A stretch of 64,000 nucleotides of DNA from an uncultured Acidobacteriaceae bacterium (GTDB lineage Bacteria; Acidobacteriota; Terriglobia; Terriglobales; Acidobacteriaceae), in the NCBI GenBank assembly GCA_963806565.1, contig CAWDYE010000006.1, forward strand, positions 17,618 through 81,617, read 5' to 3'. How positions within the stretch are numbered: the first letter of the stretch is position 1; every line of letters begins with the position of its first letter. The translations under genes were made by a program, and so were the position numbers. This document shows, in pieces, positions 26,051-36,718 of this stretch. The notes beneath the pieces are model-generated. The model saw only the letters and a list, made by a program, of their open reading frames with translations. It had not been told where the DNA came from and ran no database searches.

Positions 26051-29000
26051 TTAGTTTTGAGGAACTGGCACCCAGTTGTCCGGCCCGGTATACGTTGCTC
26101 TTACAGGCGCACCTAGCTGCCTCTCCAGTTGATTCTCGGTGATGTCGCCGTGCATCACGAACGGCGAGAAGCCGGTCGTTCTAAATTCCTCGCGGTTCAC
26201 CGTTTCACTGAACGTAGTGCCTCCATTGCTGAAGATGTGATCAGCTGGAGTCATGTCCTGGAGACCCCTGTTTTCGTGGTCCTGATGGATCAGTTCATGC
26301 CCTAGGACTGCCGTACCGCTGGCATGAGCCTCGGTAAGATTTCCATCGGCCCCGCGCGTCATGATGTTTGCCCCTGCGGGATCGTACTTCACGTCGCCAT
26401 GAAGTTGTGTCCCGCCATTCGGATTTCCGGGATCAGCCGTGATGGTAGTGAGATGAGAGTCGTTGACGATTCTCGATACCAACGATTGCCCAGCTCCGTT
26501 CCCGTCAAGATGATTCACGATCCTTTGCAGCAGCGATCCTTTGCTCACCGTTCCATCTGCGGCAACCTTGGTTCCGGGAGCCAACTTATTCAAATCTGCC
26601 GCGCATGTCGCCGCATTTGCCCCGGCACAGTTGGCAGTGTGACCATCTGCATCAACTCCGCCCAGTGGGTTGTTCATCAGGTAGGCATATAGGTTTAAGC
26701 TTTGCGGGTTCCCGAGCTTTGCATATGGAACAGGTACGATCTTCGCCGACCAATCGGGCGATAAGAAACGCCCCATTGAGCTTGCGTAGTACCTAGCCCC
26801 GAAGTAGTCGTTACCTGATTCGGTATCGCGTTCTTTGCCGGTGTAGTGGTGTTCGGTGGCGTCGAGGCGCACGAGGAATAGCCGGGCAGGGCAACGGTGG
26901 TCAGCCCGTCGCCGTAAGCCAGGCTGGTGTAGCCGGTGGCGCAGCCGATGCCGTTGCCGTTCGAGTTAGTCCCGACCTCGACGCGCTTCGTGCCCAGCCA
27001 GTCGCCCAGATAAAAGTAAGTGCCGGTGTCGTGATAAGTGGCTTGAATCTTGCCGCCGGAGAAGGCGTTGGTGTGCTGCCAGGTGCTGGCCGCTCCGCTG
27101 ACCGCGTACTCGGTGACCTGCTCGCCGCCGGGGCCGAGAACATAACTCGCCGTGGGCGTGAAGTGATTGTAGGCGCTGTCGGCGGGGTTGAAGTCGCAAG
27201 TAAAGTTCGTCAGCGAGCCTTTCGCGACACGGATTCCCGCCGCGTCGTAAACATACCCCGTATACGACGGCCCGGCGGTCATGGCCGCGCAGAGCCTTCC
27301 CTCGGCGTCGTAGAGATACGAGTTGAGTAAGTCTTGCGTCACATCACCCGCCGCGTCATAGTAGAGGCCCGCGCCGCCGTTCACGCTGGCCACCTGGTTC
27401 GTAGCCGCAGTATAACTCGCCGTGCTGGACGATGGCATGGGCGCCGCGACCGTGCCGCCGACAACCTCACTCTTGCGGTTGCCGAAGGGATCGTAGCTCC
27501 AGCTCATCTGCGCGCCCGCGTAGTAGCCCGCCGTCGATGTGCCGGTCAGCAGCCGGTTGAGGTTGTCGTAGGTGTAGCTCCACGTGCCGGTCACGGTATC
27601 CGCTACGCTGAGCAGGTTGCCGTTGGGCGCGTAGCCGCCCTGATCGGGGATGGCGTAGCTGTAGACCGCGTTGCCGATGGTCTCGCCGCCGGACATCGAG
27701 GTGGCGGTCGCGGTGAACGACAGGGGGCCCGAATAGTTGTTGGGTCCGCTCAAGGAGAAGTACTCCGGATTGGTGTCGGCTGCCGTCGCCGTCACCGACC
27801 AGTCAACCGCCGGGCCGCCGTTCAGGCTGGTCAGCGTGACCGTGCCGCCCGAGGCGCAGGCGCTGACGAAGCCGGTGGCCGTGGCGATCTGGGCGGCGGT
27901 AGGGCAACTGGAGCCGGGGATTCCCTCCAGGCCGTTGATGGAGGCAGCCAGGGTGGTGGCCAGGCTGGAGGGCGTGCTGCCCTGGACCCAGTTCACCTGC
28001 GCCGTCAGGTCGCTGACGGTGGCTGTGATGGCGCCCGTGTCGTAGTAGGTGCCCGCGTTCCAGCCGCCGGTGAATGTGCCGGCGCCGTAATAGGTGCCCG
28101 ACGCTATATAGCCGCCGGTAAATGTGCCGGAGGTGCTTATGACCACAAAATCCGGCAAGTATGAACTTGAAGTGGAGTAGGTGTAGTTGCTGCTCAGGCC
28201 TGTGGTTTTCGCGGTGATGGTCAAAGAGCTGCCGCTGGCGGTGGCTGTCACGGGAGAACGCGACACGTTGAAACCTGTCGCGAGGGCTGTGGCAAGTGTT
28301 GCACCGGTCGAGCCGCCTCCGTAATTTGCCGTTGCCGTGAAGCCCTGTACGGTTACTGACACCGCACCCGTAGCGGGGACTTGGGTGCAGGTGGTGATGG
28401 GAACATAGTACGTACACTGCGAGGGCGAGGGCTCGCAGGTGTTGACCGTAGTGCAGGAGTTAGTGAGTTGTTCGGAACCAGAGACCGTCAGAACCGCGCT
28501 GCCGGGGGTGTTGGTCTTGGTCACCGAGCCTTCGGTTCCGCTGATGGTGATGGAGCCGGTGCTGTCAGCGCCTGTGGTGATGATGTTGCCGGGGCCATCT
28601 TGTTCAAGGTCAATCCGGCCGCGGTTGTCGTAGGCGCGCTGTAGAGAGGCCGTGGTTGTTCCGGATTGAGAGTTTACGCCCAGCGATGCGTTTTGGAGAC
28701 CCATGGGGCCATATTCCGGCAGAGAGGGGTTGGCCGGGGGCGCGAAGAGCGTGGCCGGGTGTGTAGTGGAATCGGACCAACTGCTGCCCACGGTGACCAG
28801 CCGCTCGGCGTTGTCGTAATTGTAAGCGAAGGTGACCGGTCCGCCGGAAGACGCGCTGGATGTTGGCGCATTCGACGGGAAGGTCGCGGAGACCGGCTTG
28901 CCGCCCTGGTCGTAGGCGTAGGAGAGATTGTAAGTGGAGCTGCCGCAGTTGGCCGGGGTGCATTGCTGCTCGGCCAGGAGGCGGCCCATCGGATCGTAAG

Positions 29001-32000
29001 CGTAGGTGCTGGTGGTGGCCAGGGTCGTCGAGCCGGTTTGAACTGTCGCCTGCGTGAGTTCGCCGATGTCGTTCGCGCTTCCCGGAATGGACGAATTATC
29101 GTAGGTGAAAGATACCGGCGGGGTCGAGTCCGAATACGTCTTGCCCAGCAAGCGATTCAACTGGTCGTAAGAGTAGTTGATGGAAATGCCGCGATTGTCG
29201 GTCTTCCGGAGAAGGTTGCTGTTGTTGTCGTAGGCGTAGATGATGGTGCCGGTTTCCGGATTATAAGCCGCCAAAAGCCGCGACATAGCATCGTAGGTGA
29301 AGGATCTCACGTGATCGCCTGACGATGGGCATGCCCCACCGCATTGATCAACCCGCAGCAGATTGCCCAGCGTGTCATAGGCATAGTCGGTTTCCAGGGT
29401 TGGCGCTGCCCCGCTGTTCGTGGTTCCGGGCGGCTCCAGCACCTTCGTCAGCCAGCTTTCGGCATTGTAGGTTCGAGTCCACAGATTATAACTTTCGTCG
29501 TAAAAATTGACCACATTGCCGTTGAAGGTCCAGGATTGCGCCGAGCTGTCAGGATTTGTTTTGGTGGTCAGCCTGCCGATCGCATCGTATGCATACTGTG
29601 TCCACCCATCCGTCGCCTGGGAGGAGTTGCAGTGCGGATTGCTGACCGCGCTCACCCTGCTCAGCAGGTCGTAGGTTGTATTCACGGTGAGGGAGCCGCA
29701 GGCTGTGTCAATGGGAGTTGTCGCGGTGCTCACGCTGATTTTTCTGCCCAGACCGTCGAGATTGGTTGTCGTAACTTTATTGGGAGATGGACTTTCGACA
29801 ACCGTAGTGACGATCTGATTGGGAGATGGGTAAACGTTGGTTGTCGTGCCTCCATCCGGCCTTGTCGTAACCAGTGGTCGCATCAGAGGGTCGTATGTAT
29901 AGGAGGTCATATTGCCGGTTACTGAACCGTTGTAATCCTCCTGCCAGTTAAGCAGTCCGGTGTTCACATCGTAGTTGGTTGTAATCACATGGGCCACGCC
30001 GTTGCTGGTGGGTGGCATGGTTGTCGTCGCCAGGAATGCATTCTGCGCCCCATAAGCATATTTTGTCGAGTATCCTCTGCCATCGATCGTAGTGACTCTA
30101 TTTCCGAGATCGTTATAATAAGCAGATGTCGTAATCGGCGCTGAACTCGCGCCGGTATACTTGGTCACGCTGGTGGGCAAACCGCGTAGCATGTAAGATG
30201 CGTTGAAGTTCGTGTAATCGTGCTGCGTGGTCCCGGAGGTTGACGCGAGGCCAAACTGATCATAGGCTGTCGTGGTCTGCGCCACCAGCGCAGATGCGGC
30301 GTTGTAGACCGAGACCTGGCTCACACGGTCCGTGATATTGGCCGCCGCATAAGCGGGGTTCTGGTTGTGCAGATAGCTATACTGCGTGTTGCTCAACATC
30401 GCTCCATGCGCGCCGGAGCCAGCTGTGCCGTAGTCGTAAACAGTCTTCGAAACGACGTTCCCTCTTGACGTTGTTGAATCGGCGGATGTACCACAGCCGT
30501 TTGCACTTGTGAGCATGTTATCGTAGGCCGTGTCCGTCTCCGTGGTTACTCCGGAGGGGTTCCAAGTGAGGGTGTTACTGGTCGGAAGATAGGTTCCTGT
30601 TCCCATAAAACCACCCATGTATGTATAGCCGATTGCTTTGGTTGCAATGGGGCTGTTGGCGGATTGCGACCCGTTGTAACTGACCTCTTGAGTCACGACC
30701 GGACTCGGGCCATAACAACCTGAGTTAGCATTCCCGACGCCGCCAGAGAAGTCAAAGGTATAAACCGTGTCATTCAGGTACGGATCGGTCACAGTCCTAT
30801 TAACGCTGCTCGAATCACCGGCTGAGTTCGGATACTGATACTGCCAGGTGCTGGACTGCCCGTTCGCGGTCACAGTCCTCGACAGGACTCGCCGGCCAAC
30901 AATCCCGTCGTGGATTCCCTGCAACTCGCTCCACATGTAACTGATGACGCCGCCGGTTGGAAGCGTGATCTGGCTGATTTCTCCCAGAGTGCATCCCAAG
31001 CTATTCGCTAGAGGAGTGCATCCTGAGTCACCATCCGTTTTGTATTGAATCGTATAGGTGTCATTGTTTTGCAGCACGATCGAAGTCGGCAGATTGACTA
31101 CCACTAGCATGGCCGGTGTTCCAATCGCCGGGCCACATACGGGTGAATTTCCTCCGCAGAGTGATGGAAGATCCAGCGTATAAGGCGAGTAAATGATCGT
31201 GATGGTTTGTAATGTGTTGTTCTGGTCGAGATACTGGATCGTCTGCGGCTCGTTGGCGCCCATTTCCCCAACCAACATAGGTATACCGAATCCCGAACTG
31301 CCGGACTCCATGATTGTTCTGCCGGCAGTATCCGTAAAGCAGTATGCGCTTTGGCATTGCGTATACAGTTGACTGCCTGGCTGCGCTCCCGCGCTTATGA
31401 TGTTGCCATCGCTATCCTCGACTTTAATGACTTGCTGGTACGTCAATATAGCCGGACTATAGACCGGATTAGGTGGCAGTCCTGCGCTCCCGTTGTAGCC
31501 GATATAAGCTCCGATACTTCCACTGCCGCCTCCGGAGGTTAGCGTATACTGTCTGCCATGCTTGTCGGTAAGGCTCACCACATTGCTAGTGTTCGGAAAG
31601 ACTGTCAGGTTCGGATTGAGTATCAGGTTGTATCCAGTTGCATCCGCTGAGTACGAGTTGGCAAGATACAATGCATCTCCCGGGGTACACGTATCTTGCT
31701 GATACATCGAATCGATCTGATAGCCGTTTACTGGAAAACTGTGTCCTGTGCCGTCGGGATCTGTGAAGGCCATGTAGTCTATGTGGGTAAGAGTTCCACT
31801 CCACGATATAACAGGCCATTCGCCTGTCGGGATAGAATAAAGCCCACATACCCAATTCTCAGTGTGGTATCCAACCTTGAGAACGCCCTGCAATGGATCG
31901 CTGACTTGTGCGAAGCCGTTTCTGCCAATTGATATTTGCTGCCACTGCTGGAGCGCCCCCGAGGTGCCCCAATTAACCTGCGTCTCATTGAACAACTGGT

Positions 32001-32247
32001 TGTCGTAGACGAAGTGGATGTCCGTATCCATGCCAATGCCGGGCAGATGAAGCAGCGGAATGTCCACGTGCAAGTTTCCATTCTGCAACTGCACCGAATC
32101 GATGGAGCCGCCGCTGAAGACCCCGGTCGGCGGCAATCCGACATTATTGACATTGGGCGTGTAAGCCGTTTGCGCGGCCGACGGCCATGCAAAGCTGAGA
32201 ACCATCAACGCAACGCCTATTCCAGCAAGCAGACTCTTCGTCTTCAT
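26051..32247 (-). CDS. Large signal-peptide Rhs/YD-repeat toxin with an HExxH metallopeptidase tip; frameshifted near 26868
   Basis: MKTKSLLAGIGVALMVLSFAWPSAAQ signal with GGAG RBS; many YxYD..GRL repeats; core end DATEHHYTGKERD and tip GHELIH are in the frame of ORF 26051..26872. Confidence 0.85.
26667..26842 (-). repeat. 176-bp Rhs core-end direct repeat, copy 3
   Basis: Within the full-length rhs gene. Confidence 0.9.
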
Positions 32248-32471
32248 ACTCCGCTCCATTCGTTTTTGCGAACCGTTCTGAATCATTTCTTCTCTGGTCT
32301 TCGAGGCCTAATCACGACTGCTATAAACCGGCCAGCACTTCGATCACGCACGCGCTGTAGTGCAACGATGCTTTCCGACTGATCTTGCGAGGCCTCAACT
32401 GCCAGTCGCACTAATTCCGCTCAGCATGAGCCACGAGTAACGCTGTTGATGGGTACTATGATGTTCAGAAA

Positions 32472-32502
32472 AATGTAGCACAGGGTACAAATTATCTGTC
32501 AA
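32472..32502 (-). promoter_or_regulatory. Possible sigma70 promoter for the rhs gene
   Basis: Minus strand TTGACA-N19-TACATT with a TGn extension, in an AT-rich intergenic region. Confidence 0.4.
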
Positions 32503-32920
32503 GTTTAATTTTGGTAATTTCGTTGTGATTCAGGACACGTTTCGTGCGGGTCGTCGATGGATAATACTGTTAATTATTAGGAGAAAATTCCGTGGAATTC
32601 TGCATTCATTTGCGGGACCGCCCTGTCAGCAACCGGCATTGGCGGCTACCTAGATCGCTGCAATTTCAAGAGATCGGCTTCAATTGCAGCCAGAATGAAC
32701 CTTTGCCAGAGATGTGACTCGCTCAAACGCTCATAACGACAGCCGGAATAGGCAACAAGATATTTGCGATGCTTATGGGGGCTCCAACGCGCCTCAAGAC
32801 ATCAGTATGCTTCACGATGCCTAGCATGAGGCCAGTGGCCCGCAGTTTCGTTTTGGCTTGTCTCCTGAACGTCCTACGCAGTCGTGTTGCCGCCAGGACC
32901 GTGCGGAAGGGGTGGGGGGC

Positions 32921-33162
32921 CGGCTTGGGGAAGAGGTTTGCAACTCACCGAAGAGTTCAAGGCATGTAGTCAGAACCTGGGGCATGAGCAGGTGCTGACA
33001 ACCTTTCTGAACTATGGTTCCGTGGCGACTGACAGGCAGGGAGAGATTATCCGGGGAATCGGTGCAATGCAGCAATCAAAGCAGCCAGGTGCGGACGAAA
33101 TCGCGGAAGCTGTGGTCAGAAAATTACAGAGTGCGGGCGCTGGCATTCCGACGGCGCTGTAA
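32921..33162 (+). pseudogene. Tyrosine recombinase C-terminal remnant
   Basis: RLGEEVCNS/EEFKACSQNLGHEQVLTTFLNYG across one frameshift; LGH..TT..Y box II motif. Confidence 0.6.
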
Positions 33163-33172
33163 TGCGCTCTCA

Positions 33173-34390
33173 CTACGTCGCCGAACTGCGAAAGGGCAAC
33201 ACTTTACCGCCTCGTTGCGTGTGCTCCAGAAAGTCCGCCCAGTCCTGCATCATCCGTGTTCGCGGCTCAAGGTAGAGCGCGTGGTTGTAGGCCGCGCTGA
33301 CGGCGTTGCGCGGCGTATGGGCAAGCTGTAATTCGATGTGCTCATGGTCGTACCCCTGTTCATGCAAAATCGTGGAAGCCAGCCCCCTGAAACCGTGCCC
33401 TGTTTGGCGGCCCCGATACCCCATCCGCTCAAGGGCAAGCAGGATGGTGTTATTGCTCATTGGCTTTTTCGGGTCACGATCTCCGGGAAAGAGCAGTTCG
33501 CCACCGCCGGTGAGGGTCTGGAGTAGTTCCAGCACTTCGATTGCCTGTCGGGAAAGCGGGACAATGTGCGGGGTGTCCATCTTCATGCGTTCTGCTGGGA
33601 TGTTCCACCGGGCAGCATCGAAGTCAAATTCTGCCCACTCGGCTCCGATCAGTTCGCTGGTGCGCACAAACGTGAGCGCCAGCAGCTTCATCGCCAGGCG
33701 CGTCACCACCTTGCCCCGGTAGACCTCGACTGCACGTAACAGGTCTGGGAGTTCCTTGGCATCGACGCGGGCAAGGTTCACCTTTTTGGTGGGCCGCAAT
33801 ACGTCTGAAGGCTTGAATTCTGCGGCAGGATTCCTTACTGCAAAGCCGTGGGCAATGGCGAAGCGGAATATCTGCCCGGTTGTTTCCAAGGCGCGCTTCG
33901 CCAGGTCCCCCACGCCCCGCGCCTCAATCGTCTTGACCATTGTCACCAATTCAGGCGGTTCAATCTGGCTGATGGGCCGCGCCCCAAGAAGGGGGAACAC
34001 ATTGGCCTCAAGCCTTCTCTGCGTTGTGTCAGCGTGACGGGGACTCTTGTCTGCGCGCCAGTGCTCAAGCCAGAGGGAAGCAATTGCGCGAAAGGAATTG
34101 GCGCCTGCTTCCCGCTTGGCCGCCTTCTCCGTTTTGCGCGTAGCCATGGGATCGACCCCCGAGGCCAGAAGCCTCCGTGCCTCTGCGTGTCTATTCCGCA
34201 CTTCAGCCAGTGATATTTCCGGGTACTGCCCCAAGGCCATCAGCTTCTCTTTGCCCTCGAAGCGATATTTCCAACGCCAGAGCCTTCCCCCAGTCGGCGT
34301 GACAAGCAGGAAAAGGCCCCGGCCATCGGTCAGCCTGTATTGTTTGTCCCCTGGCCGTGAGCGCCTGATTTCCGTATCAGTGAGCGCCAT
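33173..34390 (-). CDS. P4-family integrase with N-terminal arm-binding domain
   Basis: LTDGRGLFLLVTPTGGRLWRWKYRFEGKEKLMALGQYPEISL; RTSEL, GHGFR, QLAH, AYN. Confidence 0.95.
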   Translation of the reverse strand: MALTDTEIRRSRPGDKQYRLTDGRGLFLLVTPTGGRLWRWKYRFEGKEKLMALGQYPEISLAEVRNRHAEARRLLASGVDPMATRKTEKAAKREAGANSFRAIASLWLEHWRADKSPRHADTTQRRLEANVFPLLGARPISQIEPPELVTMVKTIEARGVGDLAKRALETTGQIFRFAIAHGFAVRNPAAEFKPSDVLRPTKKVNLARVDAKELPDLLRAVEVYRGKVVTRLAMKLLALTFVRTSELIGAEWAEFDFDAARWNIPAERMKMDTPHIVPLSRQAIEVLELLQTLTGGGELLFPGDRDPKKPMSNNTILLALERMGYRGRQTGHGFRGLASTILHEQGYDHEHIELQLAHTPRNAVSAAYNHALYLEPRTRMMQDWADFLEHTQRGGKVLPFRSSAT

Positions 34391-34420
34391 AACCCCACCA
34401 GTGAGGGCATTTTCGATAAA

Positions 34421-34459
34421 ATACCCCCACGTCCTGGGGGTATCCCTAGATATACCCCC
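34421..34459. promoter_or_regulatory. Putative integrase arm-type sites
   Basis: ATACCCCC (34421), GGGGGTAT (34436), ATACCCCC (34452) between the integrase start and the tRNA. Confidence 0.55.
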
Positions 34460-34573
34460 ATAAGAACTTAGCTTCTATAGTACGCTCTTGGACGGGGAAA
34501 AACTACAAGTATTGTTTATTCAGTCTATTATATCTCACTATTGGATGTCATGGGGTGGCTTTGGAAGGGTCTA

Positions 34574-34665
34574 TGGCGGAGAGGGAGGGATTCGAACCCC
34601 CGATACCCTTACGAGTATGCCTGATTTCGAGTCAGGTGCATTCAACCGGGCTCTGCCACCTCTCC
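34574..34665 (-). tRNA. tRNA-Ser(CGA)
   Basis: GGAGAGG/CCTCTCC acceptor stem, CCA end, anticodon arm CCTGA-CTCGAAA-TCAGG, long variable arm, GGTTCGAATCC. Confidence 0.97.
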
Positions 34666-34708
34666 GCGAGTGTCATTTTCTTAAATTTAGCATAATCGGA
34701 CTTCGAGC

Positions 34709-35941
34709 TCACTTCGTCGGATCGGTGACGCGACCCATGAAAAGGATGCCGCCCGAGCGATTATCGCGGATCAGGAAGACGAAGGGATGGTCGGCGCGGA
34801 AAACACGAGGCGGCGGCAGCTGAAATCTCGGCGGTATCGCCGTGGGTCCCCGCATAACCACTGCCGTTGCGGCTGCGGCTTCGGTTCCCTTCTCATCGAC
34901 GCTGATATATGCCTTATGGATCACGGCGGAAATAAATAGTTCGCGCTTGCCGGTCATTCCCGAAAAATCGGCGGTGGTCGCATCAAACGCGCTCGGCATT
35001 CCCGTTGCGCTAAGCGTGCCCGCAAGTCCGAATTGCCGCGTCATTTGAAACTTGGGCAGCGTCAGGATTACCACGTCATTCCACTGCAACTGATTAAGCC
35101 ATTGCTTCACATTGGACGCTGTCAGCGACTTTTCCAAAGCAGGCAGACCGCCAATATCCCTGGGCAGGAAGACGATCATGGACAAGTCCCCGCTCTCATA
35201 GGGGATTGCCAGGGCCTGAAATGTTCCGCCGTCGAAATAGTTGAAGCCTTCCGTAAGGTGCATCAGGGGCGCTCGCACATTCCGCGCCGGGGATAGATGG
35301 AAGTCCTCATCCTCCGTGTCTTCCTTGGGGAATGGCGTCTGCCAGTCACCCTTGAAGTAGATGGCGTTGGTCAGCACCATCTTTGTCAGCGAGTCGAGCA
35401 CTCCCGGCTGCAGCAGGTCTTTAATCTTGTTGCTGGTTTTCTGCGCGATCCATTGGTTGATGGTCAACCGCGACGCCTCGGTTGCGCCCTTGAAATCCAC
35501 CTGATTAAATCCCGCGCCGTAATCGCTCTTGGTCAGCTTGAGAAAATCGTCGCTAAACGTATATCCTTGCTGCGCCCACAGAGCGTCGGCGACGCGAAGC
35601 TGGTATCCCTTGTGCGGCGCGTTGAGACCGGCGAGCAGCGCGCCCATCGCTGGATGCAGCCGCTCCGGCGGCAGCGTGAAATGCAGCGTCTTCGCCATCT
35701 CCGCAGCGGTGTCGCCGCGCGCCCCGGCATAGGTCATGGCCAGCGCGGTAGAAATGCTCTCGGGCGAGAAGAAGAGATTGCCGTTTTGCGAGCGCAACTG
35801 GCCATAGAGCGCAATGGCGAAGGCATTGTTGCCCTCGACGACCGCCGCTTGATCGGCCTTGTTGGATTGCGGCGCCTCCGCCGCCAGTCCTGCCAGCGGC
35901 AGAACAAGGCACGCGAGGAGCGATGCGAGAAGGCGCTTCAT
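34709..35941 (-). CDS. Secreted serpin
   Basis: Signal peptide; NLFFSPESI, LTNAIYFKGDW, EKGTEAAAATA hinge, FRADHPFVFLI. Confidence 0.95.
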   Translation of the reverse strand: MKRLLASLLACLVLPLAGLAAEAPQSNKADQAAVVEGNNAFAIALYGQLRSQNGNLFFSPESISTALAMTYAGARGDTAAEMAKTLHFTLPPERLHPAMGALLAGLNAPHKGYQLRVADALWAQQGYTFSDDFLKLTKSDYGAGFNQVDFKGATEASRLTINQWIAQKTSNKIKDLLQPGVLDSLTKMVLTNAIYFKGDWQTPFPKEDTEDEDFHLSPARNVRAPLMHLTEGFNYFDGGTFQALAIPYESGDLSMIVFLPRDIGGLPALEKSLTASNVKQWLNQLQWNDVVILTLPKFQMTRQFGLAGTLSATGMPSAFDATTADFSGMTGKRELFISAVIHKAYISVDEKGTEAAAATAVVMRGPTAIPPRFQLPPPRVFRADHPFVFLIRDNRSGGILFMGRVTDPTK

Positions 35942-36001
35942 GTTGCTCTCCTTTAAATCAGCCTAGGAACGCAACCGTTATTGTACATCTATATGGCGAA
36001 G

Positions 36002-36562
36002 TTACGCGCGGCTGAGGTAAGCGCCCTCGCTGGTGTCGACGCGGATTTTTTCGCCTTCGTTGATGAAGGCGGGAACCTGGACGACGAGGCCTGTCTCGGT
36101 TTTGGCGGGCTTGGTGACGCTGGAGGCGGTGGCCGACTTGAGGCCGGGCTCAGTCTCGACGACGGTCAGCTCGACGGCCGCGGGAAGGTCGATGCCCACG
36201 GCCTGGCCGTCGTGGTAGCTGACCTTGATTTGCAGGTTGGGTGTGAGGTACTCGATGGCGTCGCCCAGCGTGGAGCCCTTGAGTACGGTCTGCTCGTAGT
36301 CCACCGGATTCATGAAGTAGTAGTCGTCGCCGTCATTGTAAAGAAAATCCATGGAGATCGAGTCCACGACAACTTTTTCAATGGCGTCGGCGGAGCGGAA
36401 ACGGTGCTCGAACATGGCGCCGGTGCGCAGGTTGCGCAACTTGGCCTGGATGAAGGCGCGCAGGTTGCCGGGGGTGCGGTGCTCGACCTTGAAGACCAGG
36501 TGAAGCTGGTCATTGTGCTTGATGATCATGCCGGGACGCAGTTGCGTGGCGGGAATCGCCAT
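36002..36562 (-). CDS. efp: Elongation factor P
   Basis: KPAKTETGLVVQVPAFINEGEKIRVDT..YLSRA. Confidence 0.97.
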   Translation of the reverse strand: MAIPATQLRPGMIIKHNDQLHLVFKVEHRTPGNLRAFIQAKLRNLRTGAMFEHRFRSADAIEKVVVDSISMDFLYNDGDDYYFMNPVDYEQTVLKGSTLGDAIEYLTPNLQIKVSYHDGQAVGIDLPAAVELTVVETEPGLKSATASSVTKPAKTETGLVVQVPAFINEGEKIRVDTSEGAYLSRA

Positions 36563-36718
36563 AAGGGTAAAGCTCCTTGCTCTGGATGCGGAGGTTCCGC
36601 GTAGAAATTGGCTTTGGCCTGTCTTTATTGTAGCTTAGGGGCGGAAAAGCCATCCCAGTGATGCCGCGGGCGTGGTATTCTTTCGCCAGCAATTTTTCGA
36701 CTAAGGCAGGGCGCAGAG

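Larger units (their letters stand above)
18685..26842 (-). mobile_element. Unit A (8,158 bp repeat-to-repeat), lacks mob genes, carries a RelE/ParE-type TA pair
   Basis: Bounded by core-end repeats 2 and 3; contains recombinase, primase, XRE, structured element, oriT-like motif, immunity and tip. Confidence 0.75.
1..34573. mobile_element. Genomic island integrated at the 3' end of tRNA-Ser; left end lies outside the window
   Basis: P4-type integrase directly beyond the tRNA 3' end; cargo of Rhs toxin, TA pairs, relaxases, primases and recombinases; no second att copy seen in the window. Confidence 0.8.

Noticed and set aside
26695-26872. C-terminal 58 residues of the 1863-aa ORF as a real domain
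   Set aside because: Alternate-frame translation of the Rhs core end; the same NQVTTTSGLGTTQAQWG text appears out of frame at 18537..18782
26860-26872. Programmed ribosomal frameshift in rhs
   Set aside because: No slippery heptamer or homopolymer at the junction
32769-33075. Small ORFs in the rhs-integrase spacer as genes
   Set aside because: No RBS or motif support, apart from the recombinase remnant reported separately
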